Part shown: positions 23,886-37,815 of the stretch, one piece after another
Layout of the letters: each line of letters starts with the position of its first letter
Numbering within the stretch: the first letter of the stretch is position 1
NCBI RefSeq assembly: GCF_004010195.1
Contig: NC_057718.1
Coordinates: 32,686,486-32,749,245 of the forward strand
Length of the DNA: 62,760 nt
Direction of reading: 5' to 3'
Source of the DNA: Chiloscyllium plagiosum
Taxonomy: Eukaryota
The notes under the pieces: generated by a model
Told to the model about the DNA's origin: nothing
The model's database searches: none
The model's input: only the letters and a program-made list of their open reading frames with translations
Position numbers and translations under genes: made by a program

Positions 23886-25982
23886 TGTCACATCTGGATC
23901 AAATGTCCTGAACCATGCAGGGCAGCTCTGGAATGGCATAACTTGTCAGGAGCACAGTGGTCTTTCAAAAGTTACACAGGTGCAAGGGATGCTGGTGAAT
24001 TCTGGAATTTATGCGGAGTGGCAAGTTGCTCTGGGAATAGCATGTAGTAAGATGGAAAGGACACGGAATGTGAGAAATACCATAGGGGTGTGATAGGTAA
24101 ATTGTGAGATGAGTGTAGTGAGATACGGTGAGAAAACTCACCAGACTTTGCCATGAGAAACCCTCCAAAACATTCAAAACAACTCAGACTTAACCAAAAA
24201 AAAAGGTAAGATTGAGCCTGAATTTCCTTGACCTTCCCAACATTTAACTGAAGGATACTGTGGCCATCCAGTCTTAACAGTTGAGAGACAGTGAGTGGGG
24301 TAAACCATGTACACACAGACCCTGGCAGTATGTGTCAATATTAACTCTGACCTGCCTCTTAAACTTCTGAAAACCAGTTAATTTTACATTTATTCACAAA
24401 AGTGAGAAATTACAAATATATAATTCCTAACTACTAGCCACAAACATTCTCTCTGTTGGCTGGATTTTTACACACCCTATTCCATTAAGAAACATGCAAG
24501 CTGGGCCCACTTGGTCCACTCCCAGCCCCTGATTAAATCAATAGCGGAAGGATCTGACTCAGAATTCCTGGATTCCAATGGGAAGAATGATGTCAATTAG
24601 ACTCATTATAAACTAAGTGGCACCCATTATCCACAATTTAGTGGGACCTGAGGGATTAAATCATGTGAACCCCACAAATCTCAATGTACAGCTCTCCGGA
24701 TTGATTTAGGCGGTCTCTGAGCATTCCCAGCTAAGCTCACCTGCCGCTGGTAGTCTGCCCAACAAGAAGCTAGCCTGCCAACTTAGCTGGTTGACAGACA
24801 GGAAACCAAAAGAAAATTAATTTGAAGGATTTCCACCCACTTCCACATGCTATCGGGGTTTCCTCCTGTTCTGTTCCATTCTCTCCATGAAATATCAAGT
24901 CCCAAGAAGAGGACACAGGAAAGAGGGGCGTAGATTTGTGGAGAATAGTGAGTGCAGCAATAAAGTAGCAAGCAGTAGCAATGCTTAAGTGTGGATTTTT
25001 TAATAGCAGTGTTGGGATCAATGCCTGAGGGACGTTCGGTGACCAATAGGAACGTGTGTGATGAACTAAGAGGGAGTTTTCATGGACTTGGGCTCAGAGA
25101 GAGCAAGGAAGATGGGACTGACATTAGAATTAGAAAAATGTTCAGGATTATGACTGATGTAACCTTGAGAGAGATTCAGTTTATGAGAGAATTCTCTTTC
25201 AACAAGCTAGAATTAAAGCAATTATAACTACTCACACCAAAGTAGTGCTATTTCAAATTTCATTGTCATAATTTCAGAAAAAGGAAGATGGACTGCTTAG
25301 CAACGATTGCATTTTAGTTTCAGAATCAAGTGACTACGTGACAAGTGACCATACATACTTTTGCATATTTGTGATTAAGTGCTTCCTGTAGTTTTTAAAT
25401 TTCAAGATTTTACTTTGAAAAAGGATGGGATTAAAAATTACAAGATATTACCATTGAATATTTTTTTTCTGAACTCTGATCCAGAGGAGAACATTCAGCA
25501 CCTTATTACTGCAAAAAGACATGATTTTGTGAATGAAACTCATGCTCTGCAAAGTGTCAACTCTGCCTCCTGTATTGATGATTCTGCAATTTAATATACT
25601 AACATCTTATGAGTACTCTGTGGTTCATGTCTGAAAAGCCAAATTGTGATCCTGCTAGAAAATGTAGAAGTGAAAATGGTAAAAGAGAACAGCATTGGGC
25701 TTGGCTCCATCGAGTCTGCCTAGCAAATTCAGGAAGGTGGGGAAATGCTAAGGGTTCCATTAGCTTTATAATTACAATGTAGCCTGACGCAGTCTGTTCA
25801 CTGAAGGGAGTGGGGTTTAACAGCTCCCTATTCCACACCAAAAGGGTAAACTTAATAACAACACATTGCAAATAACTCAAAGACATGCATGCCAAAGCTG
25901 CAAATTTTCAAAATAATTAACCATTACTGTCAGATCTACTGTATAAGACCATAAAACATAGGAGCAGAAATTAGGCTATTCA

Positions 25983-26081
25983 AAGTTTGGGAGAAGATTT
26001 GTAGCTCGGGTGCTCATTGTTGTGGTTCTGTTCGCCGAGCTCTGGGACACAAATTCCCAGCTCGGTGAACAGAACCACAAC
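25983..26081. mobile_element. Short Penelope-like insertion (fourth sequence type) with inverted arms, inside a CR1 tail
   Basis: tgttgtggttctgttcgccgagct is the inverted copy of agctcggtgaacagaaccacaaca; TSD attaggc(t/c)attca at 25970-25982 and 26082-26094. Confidence 0.6.
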
Positions 26082-27221
26082 ATTAGGCCATTCAGCTCCA
26101 CCATTTAATCATGGCTGATAAAAGCCATCCATTTGCTTACCTCCTCACTTCCCACAGCCTTTTATATGAGGATGGATTGTGACCAACCTCATGCAACAGT
26201 ACATATGGATAAAAAGCAGAGTTGTCAAATAATTCAAAAACAGGCAGAATAGCAGGCAGGCTAGGATCAGTTTTGAATTGAGATATTTATCATGTTCTGC
26301 CATTCAGGGGATAAAGGTGCATTTAAATTAATTACATTCAGTTAAATAAATTTAGGCTTGGTTCATGATGACATGTTAGGTCTATGGAAATATTTTGTTA
26401 ATGCAGCGTATCTTGGAAATGTAGGCACGTCTACTAAATCAGTGCAGATAACTTTAACACTTGGTATCAAACTAAAGTAAATTTAAAACAATGTTGAATT
26501 ACAATAACAAATTTAGTCTTTTTCAGTAACTTCTTGTGCTTTAAATGCTGTGAAATGTAACAGTTAATGTATCCCATTAAGATTTCCCAAGGGGAAATCC
26601 ATAAATTAGGATGCAATTATTAATAATGTTGAATTGCATACCTGTAACCTTCAATTCTTCTTCAGTGTCAAAAGTTTGTGTTAAAGAACAGGAAATCTCT
26701 GCTCTCGGAACCCAATCCATTTCAACCCAGTTAGTAATCACCTTATACATCAAATCTAAGATTGCAACTCACTAGCGACAGATAACTCAGCAACGTAGAT
26801 GTCACTTCAGAAAGAAAAGCAAGCAAGGAAAGTCTAACACTTAAAATTATCGCATTCAACAAATAGCATAAATATTTCAAAAGGGATCTTTTGGAGACAA
26901 ACAGATAGTATTTTCATATTGTTTATATTCAAGTCACAATGCTGTCCATTACAGCAGATAATGGTACAATCAGCCATTGTCCAACTGGATACATTCACAA
27001 ATGAAATCAAGAGCAGGAAGAAGCAGACCACTGCCTGTTTATAATTTACAACACAGACAAATACTGCTTATACATACCAACCACAAGGAAAACCACATTC
27101 CAAATAAGTTACCACACCAGGCCCTCAAAATAGGTCACTCCAGACAGGGCCACGTAAATAACTGAAAGAGGCTACTTCTATTTCGCTTATCTTGATGAAG
27201 GTTGCTAGTTGGAAGAATGTA

Positions 27222-27431
27222 GAAAGCGTAGCAGGTCAGGCAGCATCCAAGGAGCAGGAGAATCGATGTTTCGGGCATGAGCCCTTCTTCCTGAAGAAGC
27301 CCTTCCTGACGAAGGGCTCATGCCCGAAACGTCGATTCTCCTGCTCCTTGGATGCTGCCTGACCTGCTACGCTTTTCCAGCAACACATTTTCAGCTCTGA
27401 TCTCCAGCATCTGCAGTCCTCACTTTCTCCT
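27222..27431 (+). mobile_element. Penelope-like short element, subfamily A, palindrome with perfect TSD
   Basis: ~65-bp inverted arms; direct repeat ctagttggaagaatgta at 27205-27221 and 27430-27446. Confidence 0.85.
27304..27335 (+). ncRNA. Minimal type I hammerhead ribozyme motif (core intact)
   Basis: UC-CUGACGA-A-GGGC-ucau-GCCC-GAAA-CG-UC-GA; palindromic ACGU in place of helix III; GUC cleavage triplet; short stem I. Confidence 0.7.
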
Positions 27432-27617
27432 AGTTGGAAGAATGTAATCTACACCATACATTATTTTTCTCTACCTGAAAATACTACTGGTGCTTTTTAA
27501 ACGAAAATACACATGCATTTTTGAAACTTTTCTCAGTTTCATATTTCACACTTTAGAATTAAATTTATCTTTGAAGTGAAGGAGGCAGATTTATGAATGT
27601 AATTTATGGCCTATAAA

Positions 27618-27856
27618 TAAAAGCAAAATACTGCAGATGTTGCAATTCAGAAACAGAAAGAGAAAGTCCTGGAGGAATTCATTCAGCAGGTCTGGCAGTA
27701 TTTATGGAGAGAGAAAAACAGAGTTAATGTCACTCTGCTTCAGAACTCAAAATATATCTTCTATTCTGAAGAGAACTAAACTCAAAATGTTAACTCTTTT
27801 TCTTTCTCCACTGATGCTATAATACCTGCTGAGTTTCTCCAGCATTCTCTGTTTCA
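27618..27856. mobile_element. Decayed Penelope-like element, subfamily C, inverted arms
   Basis: tcagcagg...ggagagagaaaaacagagttaa is the inverted copy of ttaactctttttctttctcca...cctgctga; degenerate ctgaaga...aaaatgttaac core. Confidence 0.55.
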
Positions 27857-28261
27857 CAATTTATTTCGTTTCCTCGCACACTAACTTCGCTGCGAGACTA
27901 TTGTAAGATGCACATGGCTCCGAAATGGATCCCTGTCTTCCCTGCTGTTAAGGAGTAACTTCAAACGATCAACTCCAGGCACTTCTTTCAGTTTTTGGCA
28001 AGTAAAACCTGTTAGTGATTTTTCTTTTAACATATCTCCAGGAATCATAAGAATATTTTAGATACAGCTATCAGACAAGAGACTGTCTCCAGTATCTTGC
28101 TGTGGTAAAACGGCCTCTTTTCTCCTTATGACCACGCAGAGCCCCTGCCATCCACCTGTGATATTCATTGATGGTTATGTTGCCTGACACCCCTGAAAGG
28201 TTTACATTGTACATGAGGAAAATTCTGCACATGCACACTTTGTGAAATGCTTTTCCATTAT

Positions 28262-28450
28262 GGATTGGTCATGCTAAATTGCCCATGGTATCCAGAGATG
28301 TGTAGGCTAGGTGGGTAAGCCATGGGAAATGCAGGGTTACAGGGATAGAGTAATGGGGGGAGGCGGTCTGTGTGGGAATGCTCAGAGGGTTGGTGTGGAC
28401 TTGATGGGCTGAATGGCCTGTTCCCTTACTTAGAGATTCCATGATTCCAT
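28262..28450 (+). mobile_element. HE1-like SINE, 3' part
   Basis: ggattggtcatgctaaattgccc...gtggacttgatgggctgaatggcctg. Confidence 0.75.
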
Positions 28451-28876
28451 GATAAAACATGGCGGTGCCCAAATAACACAATAAGTATGACCAAACTGGG
28501 CAGAATTAACCCGGAGCTAGGAGGTTTTTGTGGAGGTGAGCAGACATTCTTTTGACTGATTTGCAATAAAGGCCATAACCTGATCTCAAAAATAGCTTCC
28601 TCTGCTATTTTCCCCATGACAACATGAAACATTTGCATCTAGGTAGAAATGCTAATTAGTTAGTTATTCTTAATACCAACTTCCTTTCATATTAGAAGTA
28701 AAATATTTCACAGTACAATTACTTACAACCCAATTATTATAATAATCCTTTTGGGACATTTTGATTGCAAAGTTAGAGAGTGGTGCCATTATCTCCAAGC
28801 ATTAATACCTTGCACCTTCTCAGTAAAGTAATCAAAGTCTTGCTTTGATCTCTGACAAGTCTTACTCTCAGGCAAA

Positions 28877-28953
28877 CATGATTTGGAGGTGCCAGCTAGT
28901 GCTTCCAAATAAACCTGTTGGTCTATAACCTGGTGTTGTGTGATTTTTAACTT
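28877..28953 (+). mobile_element. Penelope-like subfamily B fragment
   Basis: agctagtgcttccaaataaacctgttgg...gatttttaacttt preceded by the inverted terminus catgatttggaggtgcc. Confidence 0.7.
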
Positions 28954-31029
28954 TATCAGACAAATGGCAGAGCAGGTCATTTACACTAAAGTTGAAGCTA
29001 CTGTCTTATAATATAATAATCTCATAAATCTCACAGTTGTTACATTTTGAATACAACAACTCAGTGATGTCCCTTATAAAATAGTGGATGGCAAGTATTG
29101 CCAACTCAAGTCTACAAGGATGTGACACAGGAAAAATAATTTTGTTCCTTATCGTTAGCAGAGGCTTTTATTATAGCTACAGCAGGTGGAAGATTTCAGT
29201 GTGAACAGACTAACAGAAATCAATTAATCTTATTGATTTCTCCATAGTAGGGTGCAGGTAGGAGAGTTGCTCTGTCCACAGTCTGCATGGACAAATGGTC
29301 TCCGAAGTGGGCTTTCTTCTCTTCCTCCCACCTCTAGCAATTTGCCTTGCTCTATGTGACCTCTATGCATTCTCCTGGTCATGTTGTATTTAAAGGGGAC
29401 TGTCTATGAGTGCAGCCATCTGTGTGTAGAAATTGTAAAGTCAGCAAAATGTCTCTCAGCAGCTGCCAGATCATTTCCTGTTAACTTCTGTAACTTGAAA
29501 GAGCCATGGAAATCATCCAGACACCTGTGGAATCAATAGGTGGACAAACTCTATTAGCAACTAACCTTCCAGTTGATGACGACTCATTTTCATAAGGCTG
29601 TTGGAGGTGGGGTCCTTCCAGCTGCTTAACACATGTCCATTTCTGCAAACTTGAGGGATTTCGGCTGGAGCATTGAGCACTAATTTTCAAATCAACCTTA
29701 TACACTGAAGGATCCCAGAATCTGCCTGGGCTGGCAGATGTTAACTGCTAAGTCCAACACAAGCGAACTCCAACACCAAGATGGATCTGGAGTGATTTTC
29801 AGCAGAAGTGAGCTTACATACATGACATAATTTTAATCTCTGAATGGCTCTTGTCATACTCCATTGACCATGGCGATTGATCCAATTAGATGTCCCATTG
29901 CTCTCTCTTCCTGTTGAACAGCATATGCTTCCTGCTGTTTTCATGATAAACATTGAAATTAGAACGTCTGCCAATTCATTCCAGGGCAGGGAGCATTATG
30001 TTCTTTGTACTTACAAATTTCTGTCTTGTCATCCTTTGTCTGATTATGGAAACACCAATGAGCTAATTTCCATTAATTTGGCACCTCCTCAATATCCTAT
30101 TGACTCCTGCAAAATGTCCAAAGTAGAGATTCCTGATCCAGACTATTTTTCTCATGTGAAGAGTACACTTCAACATGCTATGTGGCTATGGAGATTACCA
30201 AAACCAAACCTGTGGACATTCAATATCAACATGCTAATTTGTTCTCCTCCTTAGTCGTGTAAACGTACTGCTGATGCTATCTCCATCATTGCACTTGCAA
30301 CAAGACCCTTCGCTTAAAGGAAAGAGCAGGTAGCAGCTTTTGCTATTCATTAATAGAGGTTCATAAGCAAGAAGAGCAGAATGCATTTTTTCATTGTCCT
30401 CTGTAAATGATAAGGCTTATTTTTCAAAAACGTTACACATGTATCATTTCCACTTGTAATTTGATGCTTTGAATATAAACTACATTTATTTTCAGGATTA
30501 TACATGGGTAGTGGTCAGTCATACACAGACATAGGTCCAGGCCCTTACTGAGTCAGGCTGACTCAGAAGCAGTTTTAATATGACAGTCTGGTTTGGATTC
30601 TGGGATTGCTGCCCCCATTCCCATTTCTGATCATTACTACTGGCATAATATCAACTAGGATGCCCAGTGGAGCACTACCATACTTGCCAATTCCAATGCT
30701 GGGTGGGCAGCTAAACAACATCATTCCCTTTGTGACGTAACAATTTTTCAAATCAAGTTATGCCCCCTCTACAGGATCAGGGTAGCTCAGGGAAATTTTA
30801 GACCATAGGCCGTCCCCAATCCTAAATGAGAAAATAAAAAAGCAGTCACGGGAATGTGGCAGTCTTACAATGGGGAAGTTTCTTTTTCAGCTAGATGCTG
30901 CATTGCAAGTTCAAATGTGTTTTTACAATTGATTCAGGGACTCTGTCCTGCAAAAGTAGGTTAACCACTATATTGACCAACATTGTCTAAGTGTTAAGAT
31001 GAAATGGAGCACTTTTGTTCATTGGGTAA

Positions 31030-31300
31030 ACATAGAAACACAAGAGGTCAGAACTGGTGAGGGCAAGTCAGCCCTTCAAAACAACTCTGGCATTCAATAA
31101 GATCATAGCTAACTGACCGTGATCTCAATTTCACCTTTCAGTTTGAACCTCTAACCCTTGATACTCTTGTCTATCGGAAATCCACCCAAACCAGCCTCAA
31201 ATAAATTCATTAATAGAGACTCCTCTTATTTCTGTGAAAGATAATTCCACAGTCTAATAACCCTTTGAGGGGAACAAAATCTTAATTTCCATAATTCTGA
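31030..31300 (-). mobile_element. Decayed CR1 3' end
   Basis: acatagaaac...cagcccttcaa...cattcaataagatcatagct is the reverse of a CR1 tail. Confidence 0.55.
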
Positions 31301-33099
31301 AGTGTTATGATCTGGAGTGATATATATATTCATAGCCCTTTAAGAAAAAAAAGTGTCTGCAGATTCTGTTAGAAATACCTGCTCCTGGAGTGTGGTGAGT
31401 GGCAGACTCTCTCATGCAGCTTTGATAAATCTGTAGCCATCTGCTTTACAGCTTCAATAGGCTTACTTATCTGTGATGATTATTTTGATAGCTGGGGCCA
31501 GGATGAATGCTTGAGTGGGTTTCAAATGCTACAAAACTACTTGCAGGAGGCTATGCAAATAGGTTGTTTAATTGCTTCAAGAAGTTTTAATGTCTTTGAT
31601 ATGTTTATTGAAGAGGAGTTTTTTTTTAAACAACAGATGACCACTTGAGAGGATTTAACTTTTGTGAATGGCTTTTCACAATGAGATTGTTTTTTTCAGA
31701 ATGATCTATGTCAAATTAACAGACTGTTTCTCAGAATATCATCTTTTTTTCCTGGCCACTTCAAAGACATAGCGCCTGAAGTCTGCCGTAGTGGATACTA
31801 TGTGAGAAAATATGAAGGGTATATTGGACATGAAGGAAGGTGCATTAAGGGGTATGCAAACATGAAGGAGTGAGGAGTATGGAAGGGTCTTGTGGTTGGT
31901 TGGGAGGTGAAGGGTGTGCGTTTAACACTCAGCACGTTATTTGAGCTGATATCTCAGCAAATGGAGACAGGTATTCAGCCTGGTCATTTTCTGCCTATGT
32001 TGCTAACTTTGCTGCAGCTTTGTTACAAGTTCAAATGAATGTCATCAAAACTTGAGATTCCACAAGAAAGATAAAGGGATCAAATGGTTAGGGGATTTCA
32101 AGGAATGAATTATTTTCTGCCATTTGCTTTCCCACAGATCAGTAGAATTGCTGAGACCTAGCCCCAGACCCAGTAGCAAAGATACTGCTGAAGGAATAAC
32201 ACCTGTTTGCATCTTCACCAGCCACTGCCCAATACCCATCATGGTGCCAGCAACTCAAATAAACCAAACTGATTCTATCTAGAAAAAAATGAAGTTGTGG
32301 GTCTAGTGGACATATGCCACAAACGTCATCAAAAGACTGCATTGGGTAACAAGCACTAGGTACATGGAGGCCATTTAGATGAATAAAATTTAGCTTTACA
32401 AGAATGTGTTATTGGCAATGGAAAAGGTAAAGTCACCTTAATCCCAAAGGACCACAGGGTTGCTTTCTCATTGAAGGGAGACAGGTGGTGGTGGTTCAAC
32501 CTGAGGCAAAGGGCATCTGATGTTATATTGTCCAGTATCACTACTTGATTTGCAAAGGAGATGGCGGTCTTTCTGGTGAAAGATGGACAAAAATCTCTCG
32601 TGTCACTGGGTGATTTTTAATGTCTTATCAATGAGGCATACAGCTCTAACAGCCCAGAAGGAAACTTTAGTAGGGACATTTTCATATTGCAAGGTCAAAG
32701 CATGTGAAGCTCATAATGGGACAATAAATCACATTTAATGTAGCAGAATATACTGATTCTGAAGACTTTTGCTGGGTAGCATAGAAGAATCCTAATCTAT
32801 CAAGCTATGAGAAATATCATTGGGTAGTGTAGTGCCTAAGAGGAGTATGGCTCAAGTCAAATTCCAACATGGCTATAACAACAAATAACTATCTGAATAA
32901 GAACGCGTATAAACAGACTAAAAGAACAGGACTCTACAGAGAGGTCCAGCTCAGTGCAATTTCTCCATAGATTTGAGTCGGAGAGCAATAGCAGGTGTGC
33001 TTTGTTATAACTGATGTAACCACACTTGTCTAACTCATTTCTTTGTTTCTCTACTTTCTTATCCTTCCTCAGTTACAAAACATGAAAAGGGTTTTACAG

Positions 33100-35420
33100 T
33101 CAGAGTTTTATAGCACAGAAACAGACCCTTTGATCCAACTCATCCATGCTGACCAAAAATCCTAAACTAATCTAGTTCCATTTGCCAGCATTTGGTCCAT
33201 ATCCCTCCAAACCCTTCCTATTCATATATCCATCCACATGCCTTTTAAAATGATGCAATTGTACCAGCCTCCATCACTTCCTCTGGCATTCCATACATAC
33301 ACCACCCCAGGCCGTATGCCTTCTTTACCACATTATCCACTTGTGTTGCCATTTTCAGGCAGCTATACACTTGGACCCTAAGATCCCTTTGCATATTAAT
33401 ACTCCTAACGGTTCTGCCTTTAACAATATACACTTTTCTCTTGCACGTGACCTGTCAAAAATGTATCAGCTTAGACTTGTCTGGATTAAACTCCATATAC
33501 CATTTCTCCAAATTTCCAATTGACCTATATCCTGCTGTACCTTTTCATTACTTTGCTTGTTACACACAATTTTCATGTTGTCTGCAAACTTACTAATCAG
33601 ATCACCTACATTTTCATCTAACTCATTTTTATATACCACTGGTCCAGACCTCCAGTCAGAAAAACACCACTCCATAATGACCCTCTGTCTCCTATGATAA
33701 AGCCAGTTCTATATCCGATTTGGATCCCATGCAACTTAATCGTCTGGACAAGCCTACAAAGGTGGACCTTGTCAACTACTTTAGTAAAGGTGATGTAGAC
33801 AAAATCCACTGCCCTATCTTCATAAATCATCATTTACTCAAAAAACTCAACCAAGAATGTGAGACAAGACCTCCTCTGCATAAAGCCATGCTGGCTATCC
33901 CTAGGAAGTCCATTCTTTTTCATATGTGAATAAATCCTGTCCTTAAGAATCTTCTCCAATTATATCCCAACCACTGATGGAAGGCTCACTGGCCTACAAT
34001 TTCCTGGATTATCCCTGTTGCCCTTTTTAAACATAGGAACAACATTGTCTATTATCCAGTCTTCTGGAACCTCACCTGTGGCTAAAGAGGATACAAAAAG
34101 TCAAGGCCCTATCAATCTCCTCCTTTGCTTCCCTCATTAACATGGGTTCTGGGATGGGTTAATTTTTTTTCAAGAAACCCAACACCACCTTTTTCCTAAT
34201 ATTGTCATGCCCTAGAAATATCATACGCTTTCCTAATTTTATCATCGATGTCCTTCTCCTTACTGAATACTGACGCAAAGTGCTTATTAAGAACCTCACC
34301 CACTTCCAATGACTCCTGGCATTGACATACCATTTCCCCAGTTACTCTCTTGCTCCTAATATATGTATAAAATGCCTTGGGATTCTTCTTAATCCTACTT
34401 GCCAATGACATTACATGGCCCCTTCTAGCCATTCTCATTCCTTGTTTAAGTTCTGTTTCCTTTATATTCCTCAAGGGTCTTGTTTGATTTCTGATTCCTA
34501 CTTCATACAGGGGCTTCCTTTTACCTTTTGATTAAACTTTCTCTATCTCTGGCCACATCAGGTTCCCAAATCTTGCTGTCCTCACCTTTCATCCTTGCAG
34601 GAATATGCTGGTCCTGAACTTTATTAACTGGCCTTTAAAAGTTTCATACATGTCAGTTGTAGATTTACCCTCAAACACCTTTCCAAATCGAATTTCTCCA
34701 GTTCTTATCTAACTTTGTAGTAATTAGCCTTCCCCCAATTCAACATTTTCACTCAAGGACCAGTCTTATCCTGATTCATAAATATCTTAAAACTTAAGGA
34801 AATTATGATCACTGTTCCCAAAGTGCCCCCAGGTCTTCAATCACCTGGTTAGGCTCATTCTGCATTATAAGCCCTGGTATGGTCCCTTCATTAGTTGGAC
34901 TACTTACATATTGTTTCAACAAACCCTCGTCGAATTACCTGAAATTCTGCTCCATCTAAGCTCCTCCCATTAAGGGAGTCTCAGTCAATGTTGAGGAAAT
35001 TAAAATCACCCACTATGATCTGCTTACATATCTGTTCCTCTATCGCCCACTGGCTATTGAAAGGTCTATATATAATCCCACTATAGTGATTGGACCTTGC
35101 TTATTCGGAGGATCTACTCATATGCCCTCGCTGGATGAGCGCACTATGCTCTCCTCTCTTAGTACAGCTGTGACATTGTCCTTAATCAGGAATGCAATTT
35201 CCCTACCCATTTTACATCCCTCTCTATCTCACCTTAAACATTTAAACCCTGGAATGTTGAGCTGCCATTCCTGTCTTTCTCTCAACCATGTTTCTGTAAT
35301 GGCTCCCACATTGTAGTCCCTTGTACTAGTCCAGGCTCTAAGCTCATCTGTCTTTACCGGTCGTACACCTTGTATTAAAGTAAATTCACTTCAGACAGCC
35401 AGTCCCGCTGTGATCATTAC
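33100..35420 (-). mobile_element. Decayed CR1-type LINE (endonuclease to RT to 3' tail, with deletions)
   Basis: Minus-strand ORF pieces: LASRIKKNPKAFYTYIRSKR, AVDFVYITFTKVVDKV, LISKFADNMK, KMATQVDNVVKKAYG. Confidence 0.9.
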
Positions 35421-37815
35421 CTTGACTCTGCCTATTGTTCCTATGAGAATGTTCTGAGCCAGACGCTCACAAAGGTCTACCTCATTGCAAAAATAAGTGA
35501 AAGTCCAATGCCAGTGAACACCATCACTGATCCCTATTCCTAACAACAGAGTCAGCTCCATGCTGGTGCGAAGTTCTGAAAAATTGCCTTGTCATTGCTA
35601 ACAAGTGTTTCTAATTCCCAAAAGCTTTTCAATTTCTGTTTTGGAAATTACCATGTTAATTTCAAAAGCAGACATCTCACAGAGAATTATGGAACAAAAC
35701 AATTTACTCTGGAGGTTAGCTGTACATTTGGATTTTCACTTCATGTTAACAGTTTTTCATTTTTTCACCATGTCCTGCTAGAGAATCCAGAATATCTACG
35801 GCTGCATACTTTCACTTTGACAACCCACCATCCCTGCATAATAATTTTGTTTTTTCATGAATGTTTTTCATAATACATCTACCTAGAAGATGGCATACTG
35901 TCAGAAATAATGGATCCTATCACTTCTCAATACCTGCAGCGATTGGTCCTCCAAATTCCAAGCACAGTTTAGTCAAACATTTGGGTTTATAATGGCTGGA
36001 AAAAAATAGCAAATTGTATCCTTTATTTTTACTCTAGTCCTGGACTCTCTAGCTTTGCACCCTGTTCAATATTTCCCCTTTATGCTAATTTCATCTGCAC
36101 CCATCACCTTTCTGTTTATCACATTCGATCCTTGATCAGTCAGCTCATTTCCTTGCAACACATTAGCTGTTATTGCAAATAGTGCTCTCTCCTCAGGCAG
36201 TCCCCATCTCCCTTTCCTAACCATTTAGATTTGAAAAGAAATCTACCCTCAATCATAGATTGATATTTGAAAATCAATTATTTCCAAGTACCCTTTCTTC
36301 TGAACTTTGAAATCAACTTTTGTTCAATTACAATACTAATGTTCAATTAAGGAGCATCTATCCAGTACTGGGGCTTTCTTCTAAGCACCAAGAAGGATTA
36401 GTACATCGAGTGGACAAATGTGGAAGTGAAAACTCATACAAAATTCAACCATGCACAGAATTAAAATCCGATCCAGTGTGCTTACCTGGAACAACTAATT
36501 GACATTCATACGGTAGAGGCAAACCATCAGAAAAGTTAGGATGCAATTTTCCTTCACACCTGCTTTTTCATATTATCTCAATAGAGAACACACAAATGGG
36601 GCACTGTGGTTTACCAGAACAAACCAAATGATGGACCTGCAAGCCTCGAGTCTTAAGAGTGAATTCATTACACATGTGATTCACTGGTTGGTTTTTTGGG
36701 TAACCCACAGAGTTCTTGTTTGCAACTATCCTTTGTGTGGTATTGAGGTATATTCCATCACTTCAGTTTAGACCATAACAATTTTTTTTTGTTTAAGAGT
36801 ACACATACGACATATAACTAACATTTGGAGAGAACGCCTTATCTTCACCCGATAAGAAAATGGCTATCAAGAAGTAGGAGATGGTGGTGTGTGAAGGGTG
36901 AAGATGTGACGATCTGAAGCAGAAAGTCAGCCAGGACTTAAAAGGGAAGTGAGAAAAAGAGAGAGGTCAATTGGAGGACAAAGGAGATAAGTGACAGTAA
37001 TTAATGATTTAATGATGCCATGAGAGGGTAACTTAGAGATTACAATGATGAAAAATGGCAGGCTAGAATTCAGCAAAGCCATGGAAAAAAGTGATAATGT
37101 GAACAAGTGAGAGGGGGTCACAGAAAAGGAGGGGGAGACACAAAAAAATGTATTATTTCATTTCCAGTTGGCAATTTCCCCAATGTTATCGTAATTGCAA
37201 AAATTAAGTGCTCTCTATTTATTGACCCCCTCACCCATATCAAAAGCCAGGTGACAGTTAACTGTGAAGCTGGTAATAGATAAATGCTTGAAAAACAGTT
37301 CAGAAAAAAATCTGCCAGAAATAATACATTGAGGCTTAATGTATTCTGCTTCTCACGATAAATGTCACTGAATCCAGATAGCAGTCACAGCTGGCTGGAA
37401 GTGTTCAATTGAGAAAGAATAATTGATGAGCACTGGAACACATCCATGCATTACAAGGGATTAACTTGTAAAAAAAAACTGGTTCTGATGATTCGTAACA
37501 CAATATAAACAAAGTTATAAACCAGCAAAGTCTTGGTGGCAAGTTGACAGTATTGAAATCTATGACAGGCCAAGACTAAGTTGCTCCACTAGAAAATTCA
37601 GGAAGAACTTTAGAAACAAAGGAAACAGTTGAGTTTTTGACTTTTGATAAAAAAAAACAAACTTCTGTAACTTCAGTGGATATTTATGGTAGCGGATTTC
37701 CATAAGGCAGAGAGATTTTTGTAGTAATGCTTTGACTGTAAGACAGCAATTTACAATGTATATCTCTAAGGTATATTAATTTGCTAAAATGCATTTTTTC
37801 CTTGTAGGTTTGTCA

